In this document: positions 11,802-22,874 of the stretch, in pieces
How positions within the stretch are numbered: position 1 is the stretch's first letter
How the letters are laid out: every line of letters starts with the position of its first letter
The notes under the pieces: model-generated
What the model saw: the letters and a program-made list of their open reading frames with translations, nothing else
Databases searched by the model: none
Told to the model about the DNA's origin: nothing
From: Eledone cirrhosa
Taxonomy: Eukaryota
Direction: 5' to 3'
Length of the DNA: 64,000 nt
NCBI GenBank assembly: GCA_964016885.1
Contig: OZ024740.1
Location: forward strand, 320,354,001 to 320,418,000
Program-made: the position numbers and the translations under genes

Positions 11802-12697
11802 CTGAAAAAATGTAAACGAAATAAGAATAAAAATGTGGAAAAGCCATTGTTCTTCTAAATAAGAAGTAGATTCAATATGGTCGGATTTAACTGATGGAGC
11901 AAATTATTTAAGAACTTTTTTGTTCAAAAGAGTAAAATGTCTTCAGTCTAAATTTGATTATAATACGTTTTTTTTTCTCTAAGTAAATAATGGAGATTAT
12001 GGCAATTAGTCATAATCCATTGAATGGATGAAATATCATTGAAAATTTCGTTGACATGTAATATATCTAGGAAAATTCAATCTGATAGAGGACATTTCTT
12101 TTTAAGTTATACTTACAACAGGACCTGAACTGAAAAAAAAAAAGCATAGCTACTTTTATATCTACTACTTTATTTATCTAGTTATTTATTTAATCAATGT
12201 CCGCATAGAGCTAGTAAGCCATGGCAGACTGGGGGAGGCATCTAGTAACCCTTACAGTTAAGAAACAAAAAAAGAGAGACGGAGAAAAAAAATGGTGGTG
12301 GGGTAACTGGCGGCAAAAGAAACAGATAATATCTTTCGAAAGATTTAAAACAAGGGAAACTATAAAGCCACTAAAAGTTTCTAGTGTTGAATTTGTTCAT
12401 AGCCTCCATAGAGTGAAAGATATTGTTTATAGTTGGTTGATCTTTGACAATATATTGTACCTCCAAATTTCAAGTTGTTCTCTTTCTCAGACTAGTAGTT
12501 TCTACATTGAAACAAATAATGCCAAAGAGTTTCTGGGCAGTCGCTATTTCAATAGTGTTCAAACCTTATTCTATATTACTTTCATGCATCAAAAGGTTTA
12601 GGAATCTGAAAGAAACCCCCGCGGAATAAAAGTTGAATTCCAGCAAAATGTCGTTTTACCCTATCTATAATATAATAAAGGGAGTGTCCGTTTTATA

Positions 12698-13216
<519 letters not shown>

Positions 13217-13239
13217 GTGTACAAACGAACCGTTACTAG

Positions 13240-13690
13240 AGCAAAGGAGCACTAGGAACCACCAAGCCGGCACGCTCGCAGCATTACCTCGGGTGATGGC
13301 AAGGCTGGGGTGCTGGAACAGCCAAGCGCCCTCACAAGCATCACCAGTTTCCTCGGTTAGACGAGCAGCCATTGAAGATAAGAACCGCGCAGTCAGTAGC
13401 CCGACTCCCCCAAACGTCTCGAACTCCACTGCCTGGAAAATGTAGTTAGCCGACAGATCACGGTATTTTAGGATTTTGTTCCGTTCATCTGCGGATGCAG
13501 TAGCTCTCGCCCTTACCGCTGCATCCAGGATCAGGGAAGACGCAATAGAGTCACTAACTGTGGCGTCCCAGATAAGGCACTGCTTCTTGACCAGGGACAT
13601 AGGGGAAGACTGTCAGGTCTTCTCCCATCAATTCCGGACCACCCAGTCGGTTCCAAATTTTCCCCGGGCCAAATCTCTTAAGTGGCAATA
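13240..13690 (-). mobile_element. 3' fragment of a CRE-like RLE retrotransposon
   Basis: CLIWDATVSD..K..KY..F....ETFG..G ... SLAITRGNAASV. Related remnants at ~33260-33440 and ~35530-35890 (+). Confidence 0.7.
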
Positions 13691-13919
13691 GGACAGTGTG
13701 TGTATGTACGCGCGCGTGAGTTTGTCGGCATTCTTAAATTAGAGACGCGTGTGTATTTGTGAGTGTGTCATATATATATATGTGTGTGTCACCATTTTTA
13801 AGTTAGATATATGTATATATATATATGTGCGTATCCCTTTCCTCCCTTTTACACACACATACATTCACACAAACACACACACATTGTGTGACGGACGGAT
13901 GGGCAGACGTCGCTCAAAT

Positions 13920-14560
13920 TTATATACATGTGAATGGAGTTCCACTGAAGCAAGTAGAGAAGTTCGAGTATCTCGGGGCCGTATTCACGAGTGATGGAAT
14001 GCAGGGGGCTGAATTAAGTGCAATAATTGCAAAAACTGATGCAGTGATGTGCCAACTTCAGAAGGGAGGTAGGTGTAAAAGCCAAACTCGCTGTCTTCCT
14101 GCTATTCCTGCCAACCCTTACCTATGGTCATGAATCTTGGGTAATGACCCAAAGAATACGATTGCAAATACAAGCGGCCGAAATGGGGTTCCTCTGAAGG
14201 GTCTTTGGAGTAACTTTAGTCGATAAAGTGCATAGCTCAGAGATCAGAGAGTCACTCCAGGTAGAGCCGCTACTTCCTCGGATAGAGAGATCACAGCTCT
14301 GATTCTATGGACATGTGGTTAGAATGTCTCAGGAAAGAATCGCTAGACAGATTTTACAGGCAAAACCAACCGGTAGGAGACCCAGAGGTAGACCTCGAGC
14401 AAGATGGTTGATAACATCCATGAGCTTGGCTGGTCCGCTTTGGGATCCAGCTGAATCAGTTAGAGATGTTTACTTCTGACAGACTCGCTGGAAGGAGTGT
14501 TTGAGAAGGACTCTGTTCCCACGACCCTCTCAGAAATAAGTGGGCGAAGAAGATATTATC
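13920..14560 (+). mobile_element. Degenerate RTE 3' fragment
   Basis: IHVNGVPLKQVEKFEYLG, LTYGHESWVMT, GRRPRGRPRARW. Confidence 0.75.
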
Positions 14561-15273
14561 AATTAACTTTTCAATTTACATACCATATCTATATGCATAT
14601 ATATTTGCGTCTAATACCAATACGTACACTACATATACTAGCAGAAAACCGCTCGGGGGGCGGTTATTCTGCTAGTATTATGTAATAGTTTAAGATATTC
14701 TGTTGTAGTCTTTCGTATTTCGTATTTTTTCTCAACAGGAATATTCTAGAAGACAACTTAGAATGATAAGATTGTTTTTTTTTAATATCTAACTCTGTTT
14801 TAGGACGGTGGATTGGCAGTATCGGTAGAGCAACGGACAGTGTGCTTTATAGCATAGGGTTACGTTATTTTACGATCTGAGTTCAACTTTGCCTGTCATC
14901 CTTTCGAGGTCGATAAAATAAAGTACTAGTAATGCACTGGGGTCGATTTAATCGACTTTCCCCGACCCCAAAATTGTTGGCTTTGTGTCTAAATCAGAAA
15001 CCATTATCTAACTCTGCTTTAATACAACTGTTTATCTTTCATGATTTTTTTTTTTTTTTTTTACTTCATTCTTTATCTATAAACATTACTTAACTGCATA
15101 TATTTCTATATCTGTTTCTGTAATATATATTTCTATATCTGTTTCTGTAATATATATTTCTATATCTGTTTCAAGTAATTAAATATAATGTCTATAGTAA
15201 TACTGTTAGTACCATTTCGGAAAATTATTTGTCTTATAGATTTAGAAATTTCTAATAATGGAAAAATATTTAC

Positions 15274-15439
15274 GATCGCTTTTCATGCATTCAAAACCAG
15301 ATTTGTATTCTTCATTAGTTGCTTTCTCAATATCAACTCCTTTCCATGGTGGATCAACTGAAACGGGGTACCGATACCCAGGTCGACATGGACACGAGTA
15401 ACCTCCTCGTTTGAAACCCATACTAGGAACATGCTTGCA
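15274..15439 (-). CDS. Host gene, coding exon 3: EGF-like Cys-rich segment
   Basis: attcag|TGC...GAT C|gtaaat, 166 nt. Encodes CKHVPSMGFKRGGYSCPCRPGYRYP...KATNEEYKSGFECMKSD; the GFxRGGYxCxCxPGY motif is typical of GPR158-like proteins. Confidence 0.88.
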
Positions 15440-15550
15440 CTGAATATGAAACAAAGATAAAAATCAATTTGATTATTTGTGTATTTGATACGCCAATAGT
15501 AATGTTTAATAGCTTCACAATAATGTCATCGCTAATAGTACTTGGATATA

Positions 15551-15929
15551 TACTCTGAGGTCTCTAACACCCCTTCCCTCTAATTGCACCCCCCCCCCCC
15601 TCACCCACTTATTGAATGTTCAGAGGTTTTCCACACACACCCTCTAATTCCACTTCCACCCCCACTACTTATTGAGATGGAAAAATTGGCAAAATTTTAT
15701 TTTAAGTGGTAGCATTCTTGAGACAATTTTCTTTAGACATTAAAAAACATTATACGTGAGAAAAAAAAGCACATTGCTAGAAATCCCATTCGTTATAAAA
15801 TAAATAGGATAGGTTGGGGTCTAAATATGTAAACTAAACGACTGAGACAACCAAGAAAAATTACCGATTTTACACCCCCACCCTACGCCACCGCTTATCT
15901 CCCCTCCTATTATTTGGGACCAGAGAGTA
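15551..15929. mobile_element. Tc1/mariner-like MITE remnant
   Basis: tactctgaggtctctaa vs ttgggaccagagagta, imperfect TIRs. Confidence 0.4.
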
Positions 15930-17218
15930 CGTCGGAATATTGGCTAGTAATATGACCATATTTGAACGCTCTCTTTAATAAAATCAATCTTTAATCAAAG
16001 TTTCTTACCGTTTCTTTTCTCTATTTCTCTCACTCTCTCACTATCTTCCTCTTTCCATCTCAAACTTTCTCCCTCTCTTTCTCTTATATATATGATTTCT
16101 AGTATAGGTACAAGGCCAGTAATTTGGGGGGAGGGAAAAGTCGATTAAATCGACCCAGTACATTACTGGTGCTTTATTTTATCGACCCCGTAAGGATGAA
16201 AGGCAAAGTTAACCTCGACGGGATTTGAATTCAGACCGTAGAGGGCCGTAACTCTATGCTGCAAAGCATGGTGTCCGACGCTCTACCGATACTGCCAATC
16301 CACCGCCCTTTCTCTTGTGTCTGTATGTGTGTGTGTGTGTGTGTGTGTGTATTTGCGTGTGTGCGTGTGTATATTTGCGTGTGAGTGTGTGTGTGTGTGT
16401 GTGTTATATGTATTCTTGTATTCTTTCACTGTCTTCAGTAACTGGACAGTGGCCCTGCTGGAGAACTATGTTCTAGATTATGGCCTCATATGTTGACACA
16501 GTACTTATTTTATCGATCTCGAAACGATAAATGACAAAGTGGGCTTAGAACTCGAAGGGATGTAACCAAATACCTACAAATATTTCATCCGATGCATTAC
16601 CAATTTTGACAATAACATACGCTCATACATCCATCCATCCATATATACATACATACATACACACATACACACATACACACACACACACATACATACATAC
16701 ATACATACATACATACATACATACATACATACATACATACATACATACATGGTGGCTGCCCCCTCGCTATCGAGTATGGCCATTGCACGAGGAGAAAGAA
16801 AAAAAAAGAATAATAATAATAATAATAAATAAATAAATAAAAATAAAATAAAATAAAAAAAAAAGAAATATACACATATACATACACACACACACACACA
16901 CTCACACACACATATACACACACACATACATTAATAACAATAATAATAATAATAATAATGATTTCATTTATTGGCCACAAGGGCCGACATATAGGGGACA
17001 ACACAATAGACAGGGACAGTGGGGGTTTACATAGAGATCGAGTAAGTATAAATAACAAAAAAACAAAAACAAAATAACAATAAAAATACAACAATGAAAG
17101 TTCCCCAATAAGAGGGATCACCACCCAGGGTTGACTCAAGCACCCCACCAGTCCTGAGCCACCCGACGCTCCTAGGGCACCCGGGAAGGGCACCCCTCTC
17201 CTTCTCGAATTCACCAGC

Positions 17219-20200
17219 CTACAGGCGCATGATCAGAGTAGGCCCACTCACGCGGGCCATTCTCGCCACATTCACCCACCTTTCAGTAAATGTACTGGGG
17301 GGCAGCACTTCTCTCTCCACCCTCACCTTCCTTTCCAAGTGAAACTTGAAGAAGTTGATGAGGGATTGGCCGAAGAGAAAAGTGTCTGTCTTCAGTCCTT
17401 TCAACCTGGTCCACCATGCAACCTCTTTCGCTACTGCCACCAGGCAGAGGAAAATTGCCTGCCCTTCCTGACCAAAAGAAGGCGGCGGGTCAATCTTCAC
17501 TATGGACTCGGACGATAGCCGGATCCGTTCTACACGCGACAATAGCTGTTCGACATAACCCCACAAGTCAGCAATGCACGGACACTGGACGAGTGCGTGC
17601 AGAACGGTTTCGTCGCTCTGCGCGCATCTCGGGCAGGTTCGTCTGACAGCACTTCCGTGCCTGTAGAGTTTATCCCGAACCGGCAGCGCCCCCCGGTAGC
17701 ACTGCCAAGCGAGGGATTTCTGGAAGTTATCCATCGTCCCCGGCTCGAAAGTCCTCCGGAACATACTGGTCAGTTCTACTTCGTTGACGCCCAGAGCCTC
17801 TCCTAGTACGTCGTCGCACTTGCCCTCCACTAATCCTCTATAGAAATCTTGAGTGGAAGTTCCACTGACCGCATTGCCCACCTTGCAGAGTGCAGTGAGC
17901 GCCTGGCAACATTCCAGATGCCAGTCGCCCAGTCTCGGTCTCTTCTTGACCCAGGACTGCAGCTCAGTCAAAGAGATGAGCTGCGGAAAGGCCCGTCTAA
18001 CAAACGGCGACCACACCTGTTCACCGTTTAGGCAAAATATCTGGAGATGTCGCAGCCTCAGCGCATGTCTGCGCATCATTAGCCACGGCATGCCCAGCCC
18101 TCCACGAAGAGGGTGCTGGCAGCAGATGGACCGCCTCACCAACGGGACCCGTCCCCTCCACAAAAATTTGAAAAGGAGCCGTTCCAAATTGGCGAGGCGT
18201 GGACGGGGGCAAGGCACGACGGTCAGGCGGTAGTAGATGACGGACGCGATGTACGCGTTCGCCACCTCCGCCCGCCCTTTCAGTGATAGCTTTCTCTCAG
18301 CCCATTTCTGGGTGAGGTTGGCTATCCTGCTCGTCACCTCGTCCCAATTCTTATCCACCTGGAGGTCTGGTCCGAACCAAACCCCGAGCAACTTTACCGG
18401 TCCGTCTGTCCAGCGCCCAACGACGCTGTTGGACGGCATGGACTTGCCTCTCCAGGTGCCGAGCTGCAAGCCCACCGACTTTTCCGGGTTAAGTTTTGCT
18501 CCCGTCAACCTTTCATATTCCTCCAAATGGGTGCGGATCACCTCGATTTCCGAGGTGTCCGACACCATCACGGTGATGTCGTCCGCATAAGCGGACGCAG
18601 CCTTTCTACGTCCCGGTTCGAGCGGGATGCCCTGCAACAACTCCAGCTTCCGCAGTAGAGGCTCAAGAGTCAATACGTACAGAAGTGAGGAGAGAGGGCA
18701 CCCTTGACGGACCGATCGAGAGATCTGAAACGGTTCCGAGAGGTGGCCATTAACTTTGACCACCGAGCGGATGCCGCTGTACATTGCAGCGATCCAGCTT
18801 CTGAAGACGGGGCCGAAGCCAGCCGCCTCGAGGACAGCCTCCAAGTACCGATGGTCGACCCTATCGAATGCTTTCGATTGATCTAAATTGATCAGAGCCC
18901 CACCGAAGCCAGGTTTGCACCCAACCCTCTCTATGATGTATCGCATGAGGTGGAGGTTGTCGTGTATGGACCTGGTCGGGATTGCGCAAGTTTGCGCCTC
19001 CCCAACCAAATCTTTGACGACAAGCGCCAACCTTTTCGCTAACACCTTGGCCAAAATCTTAAACTCTGTGTTGAGCAGGGTTATGGGCCTGAAATTATCT
19101 AGTGTGTCCCTCTTGTTCTCGTCTTTCCTTATCAGCGTCACTACGCCACGGCTCACAGAACTGGGAATGCTCCCGTTCTGCTGCCAGTTGCAGTAGAGCG
19201 CTTCGAGGAGATCGGAGAACAAGTCTGGCATATTTACGTAAAGCTCGTAGGGCAGACCATCCAAACCGGGTGACTTGCGACTCGAGCAGCCGACAAGGGC
19301 GTCCTGAATTTCGGCTGATGTTATCGGCTCTTCGCAGCGCTCAGCGTCGGCCGTCGAGAGGCGTGGCAAGCCGTCGAGGTAGGGACTGAAGTCCGCCGCC
19401 ATCTCCGACTCACCCATCCTCCCGAACAATCGAGCAAAGTGCTGGCGAAAGGCCTCACACATCCGCTTGGAATCGCTCAGTTCGTGTCCATCTCGATCCG
19501 TCAAAGACCGAATTGTGGTTTTATTTCCACGCTGCGTCTCTGCAAAGCGAGCCCATCGGGCAGCTTTGGTTCCCTCGTTCCTCAGAGCACGCGCCTTAGC
19601 TCTGACAATGCAACCTTCGTGTTTCGCATTGAAGAAATGGTCTAGTGCCATTCTCGCCGCTAGCACGTCTGTTGCAATGCCACTACAAATAGCCTCGTCT
19701 AACTTAGCTATCAGCCCCTCCTCCTTTCTATTTTTCTCTATTGCTACTTCTTTGCTAAATCCTATCGAGGTTGCTCTAATCTCTCTTTTGAGTGCCCCCC
19801 ACCACCTGTTGTTGACAACCCCCCCTGTCAACTTTTGCTTAACTAAGTTGTTGACCCGGTCCCTGTAAGCTTTACGTGCCGGAAACGACATGTTTAGCTT
19901 CCAGTAGCTAGGTCCTAACCTACGTGTGTTATCTAGGTCGACCATACAGATCACAAGCTTGTGATCTGAATAGGCAACCGTTTTAAAATGTGGACATCCT
20001 ACACTATTTCTATCTCTTTTCCTAATGAAAATCCTATCTATGTACGATCTAGATGACCCTATGCGATTGGTCCAGGTCCATACTGGCGCATTAGGGAAAT
20101 CTAGTCGGTACCTGTCAGACAGTTGAAACTGGCTGATCAGGTACTTGAGGCTTTTGCACCCCCCGCTCCTATCAGATACTCCCACACAATCCCAGCGTGC

Positions 20201-20638
20201 TTCTAAGATGCCATTCCAATCCCCTATTAACAGTAAAGGGCGAGACGTAAGCAGAAAGTTTTCCAGGCGCCTAAAGAAGTCCGGCCGACCGGCCCCAGTA
20301 GGGGCGTAGACGGCCACCAGTCTAAAGGCACCACCTTCGCTATTGCTCACGTCCAGGACCACCAACTTTCCGTCAGGATCCCGGAAGATTGACCTTACCT
20401 CGAGATCCAGACATTTCCTAAACAGCACAGCCACTCCACCTCCCATTCCCGGCCGACTAACAGATGCAAAGATCTGATAATCGTCGAAAATCGGCGCCAG
20501 TGCGCGTGTGTCGGAAATTCTGGTCTCGCTGATGGCAATTACATCCATTCCTAGTGACCTGAGGTCGTTGAGCAAGTAACCTTGCTTCCAGGGCGACCCC
20601 AGGCCACGAACATTTAAACTTCCTACTCTTATGGCCAT
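17219..20638 (-). CDS. Tx1-like ORF2 (1139 aa): APE endonuclease, RT and C-terminal zinc finger
   Basis: SLNVRGL, ISET, VYAP, GDWN, SYIDRIF, SDH; KSPGLDG, FRPITLLN, LDQSKAFDRVDH, VRQGCPLS, YADD; CPRC..ETVLHALVQC. Confidence 0.95.
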   Translation of the reverse strand: MAIRVGSLNVRGLGSPWKQGYLLNDLRSLGMDVIAISETRISDTRALAPIFDDYQIFASVSRPGMGGGVAVLFRKCLDLEVRSIFRDPDGKLVVLDVSNSEGGAFRLVAVYAPTGAGRPDFFRRLENFLLTSRPLLLIGDWNGILEARWDCVGVSDRSGGCKSLKYLISQFQLSDRYRLDFPNAPVWTWTNRIGSSRSYIDRIFIRKRDRNSVGCPHFKTVAYSDHKLVICMVDLDNTRRLGPSYWKLNMSFPARKAYRDRVNNLVKQKLTGGVVNNRWWGALKREIRATSIGFSKEVAIEKNRKEEGLIAKLDEAICSGIATDVLAARMALDHFFNAKHEGCIVRAKARALRNEGTKAARWARFAETQRGNKTTIRSLTDRDGHELSDSKRMCEAFRQHFARLFGRMGESEMAADFSPYLDGLPRLSTADAERCEEPITSAEIQDALVGCSSRKSPGLDGLPYELYVNMPDLFSDLLEALYCNWQQNGSIPSSVSRGVVTLIRKDENKRDTLDNFRPITLLNTEFKILAKVLAKRLALVVKDLVGEAQTCAIPTRSIHDNLHLMRYIIERVGCKPGFGGALINLDQSKAFDRVDHRYLEAVLEAAGFGPVFRSWIAAMYSGIRSVVKVNGHLSEPFQISRSVRQGCPLSSLLYVLTLEPLLRKLELLQGIPLEPGRRKAASAYADDITVMVSDTSEIEVIRTHLEEYERLTGAKLNPEKSVGLQLGTWRGKSMPSNSVVGRWTDGPVKLLGVWFGPDLQVDKNWDEVTSRIANLTQKWAERKLSLKGRAEVANAYIASVIYYRLTVVPCPRPRLANLERLLFKFLWRGRVPLVRRSICCQHPLRGGLGMPWLMMRRHALRLRHLQIFCLNGEQVWSPFVRRAFPQLISLTELQSWVKKRPRLGDWHLECCQALTALCKVGNAVSGTSTQDFYRGLVEGKCDDVLGEALGVNEVELTSMFRRTFEPGTMDNFQKSLAWQCYRGALPVRDKLYRHGSAVRRTCPRCAQSDETVLHALVQCPCIADLWGYVEQLLSRVERIRLSSESIVKIDPPPSFGQEGQAIFLCLVAVAKEVAWWTRLKGLKTDTFLFGQSLINFFKFHLERKVRVEREVLPPSTFTERWVNVARMARVSGPTLIMRL

Positions 20639-20667
20639 GCTGGCAGGATGAATGGGAGAGGAAAGGT

Positions 20668-22533
20668 TTACTTACCTTCCGGGGTCTTGTGAAGGTCGGG
20701 TGGTTCGACCTCCATGGTTTGTGGGGTTTCTTTTGGGAACCCCTTTAATAGTCTTGACGTGGGTTTTACGTTCGGGGTTCCCACATCCCGAGGAAAGCTC
20801 TTTCGAATTTCTTTGTATGAAGCGAGCGACATTCGCATCAGAAGCAAATTATCTGGTACGCGAAATGTGCTCGCTTCAAATGTTTCCCCGTCTTTTTCGA
20901 TGTTTGTGCTTCGTGCTACATGGGCCATCAATTCCTTGTTGGCCCTTCTGGCAAGCACGAAGTTTTTAATGTTTTGTTGCTCGGGTCTTATTTGTTCGTG
21001 TGATTGTGGTGGTGATAGCTTTGTTAGTGTTGTTTCTATTGTGTCTGCGTTTGTTGTGGGTGGGGTGTCTGTAGTTTCTGATGTTTGTGTGTCTATTTGT
21101 TCTTGTGTCTGTTTAGCTTGTTTGCGTTTGGGGGATTTTGGTGGTTGTGTTGGTGATGCTGTGGGGAAAATGTTTGTGTGGGTGGTGTGTGTATTTTCTT
21201 TTGTGGGGGTGTTTGTGCTTTGTGGATTTCTTTTTTTTTTTTTGTGTTTTGTTTTTTGTATTTTGGGGGACTTTGGTTTTCCCTCATCTTCACTGCTGGA
21301 GGATGAGGGGTCTGTGGCTGTGAGCGTGTTTGTGTCTGAGTGAGTGTTTATGTTCTTGTTCGTGTGTGTATTTTGGGGGGGAGGGGGAATGGGAGAGCTT
21401 TCCTCGTTTCCCCCCTGGGTGTGCAATTTTGGTGGTTCCATTGTTGACGGTGTTGCTGGTGGTCCTTGTCCCGGCGTCGCCAGCAGTGGAATCTTTCGAC
21501 CCCTTGCGCTTTTCGGCAGTTGAGGGCAGAAGGCTCGCAAGTGTGTCGTTTCCCCACAAAGGAAACAATGCGGCCTTTTGCCCTCAGTCATTATATGCAA
21601 CACCCTCCCGTTTTGGAGGCGGATGTGGTCCGGGATTGTTTTTACGTTTTCGGGTCTGATTTGGAGCAGTATCTCCAGATCAACCCCGGACCAGTCGTCC
21701 CTGGCAGTTCTCGTTGCCTCTACCGGGACTGTATCCGTTCCTTCCACGATTACGCAACCCAGGAGCCACCACATATCAAGTCCTGGTGGAATCCTGGGAA
21801 TGCGCACACGTGCTATTCGTTTTCCCATGTGGGAGGGGTACATTATGACCTTGCTGGTTTTGCAAGGGGTCATTGAATGCTTCACAGCGAGGGCTTCAGA
21901 CTTGAACAGCACCGAAACGGTGCCGTATTGCCTGCCCCTCTCTATGAAGTCTGTGTCCTCTCTGATGTATTTCAGTGCGGCTTCTATGTCAGCTTGGGCG
22001 ATTATCGCTGCCCTCTTTGTCTCTACTGAGATGCATCTGAAATGCACCGTTCTTTTTTCCACTGCCTCAATGGCTTCTGCCGGGACAGTTAAGTTTGCCC
22101 AGGTCTGCTCTTGGTTTATGATTTTCCAGGCCTGGGCCAACTTTTCCTCTCTGTTGGTTAAGTCGATGCTGTAGCATGGTCTCCTTTTAGCCGCTGCCAC
22201 AGCAGCGAAAGTGTTCTTGTTGGTGTTGTCACTGTTGTTGTTCTTGTTGGTGTTGCTGCTGCTATTGCTGTTGTTGTTCTCCCCTGTGTCGTGGTTACCT
22301 TCTGTGCTGTTGGCCTTGTTGGTGCTCTCGCTATTACCACCTTCTGCGCTGTTCGGCTTGTTGGTGTTGGTGTTGTCGTTGTTACCACCTTCCGCGCCGC
22401 TCGGCCCGTTGGTGCTGGCACTGTCGCTGCTCACATTCGTGCTGGTGGCGCTCCTCGCCTCACCTCTCCTCTCAACGCTCAAGTCGCCGTTGCACGACAG
22501 CAGACCCGCCTCTAGGGGGCGTGGCTCCGCCAT
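20668..22533 (-). CDS. Tx1-like ORF1 (621 aa), gag-like with CCHC zinc knuckle
   Basis: CFLCGETTHLRAFC; low-complexity N- and C-terminal parts; directly upstream of ORF2. Confidence 0.88.
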   Translation of the reverse strand: MAEPRPLEAGLLSCNGDLSVERRGEARSATSTNVSSDSASTNGPSGAEGGNNDNTNTNKPNSAEGGNSESTNKANSTEGNHDTGENNNSNSSSNTNKNNNSDNTNKNTFAAVAAAKRRPCYSIDLTNREEKLAQAWKIINQEQTWANLTVPAEAIEAVEKRTVHFRCISVETKRAAIIAQADIEAALKYIREDTDFIERGRQYGTVSVLFKSEALAVKHSMTPCKTSKVIMYPSHMGKRIARVRIPRIPPGLDMWWLLGCVIVEGTDTVPVEATRTARDDWSGVDLEILLQIRPENVKTIPDHIRLQNGRVLHIMTEGKRPHCFLCGETTHLRAFCPQLPKSARGRKIPLLATPGQGPPATPSTMEPPKLHTQGGNEESSPIPPPPQNTHTNKNINTHSDTNTLTATDPSSSSSEDEGKPKSPKIQKTKHKKKKRNPQSTNTPTKENTHTTHTNIFPTASPTQPPKSPKRKQAKQTQEQIDTQTSETTDTPPTTNADTIETTLTKLSPPQSHEQIRPEQQNIKNFVLARRANKELMAHVARSTNIEKDGETFEASTFRVPDNLLLMRMSLASYKEIRKSFPRDVGTPNVKPTSRLLKGFPKETPQTMEVEPPDLHKTPEGK

Positions 22534-22874
22534 GTTTTTTTGAGAAAAAAATTATTATTTTTTTCAAAATAAAGTTCAAATATTTGGGCCAAAAGGCCCA
22601 AATATTATGAGTTATTCCTTCACAGGATACAAATTAATGTCTTATAATGCTTCAGCGGTACAAAAAATAAACAATTCTCTACAATTAATCCTCAAAAATT
22701 GCTTACTCACGGAGCTTCAAAAAACGTACATCCACTTTCGTCAATAATAATAATAATAATAATAATAACAACAATAATAATAACGACAACAACAATAATA
22801 ATATACATATACATATATATATACACATACACGCACACACATAAGCATATCTACACACACACACACGATAGCAA

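Larger units (their letters stand above)
16959..22742 (-). mobile_element. Full-length Tx1/L1-clade LINE in an (AAT)n microsatellite
   Basis: Two uninterrupted ORFs, 5' UTR, 3' UTR ending ggccaataaatgaaatc followed by (ATT)n; (AAT)n on both flanks. Confidence 0.92.

Noticed and set aside
11802-11847. MAFPHFYSYFVYIFSV as signal peptide of a separate gene
   Set aside because: It coincides with the polypyrimidine tract of an in-frame acceptor at 11802. A single two-module gene is simpler; kept only as a possible alternative isoform.
17416-22543. Many plus-strand ORFs
   Set aside because: Antisense shadows of the GC-rich Tx1 ORFs.
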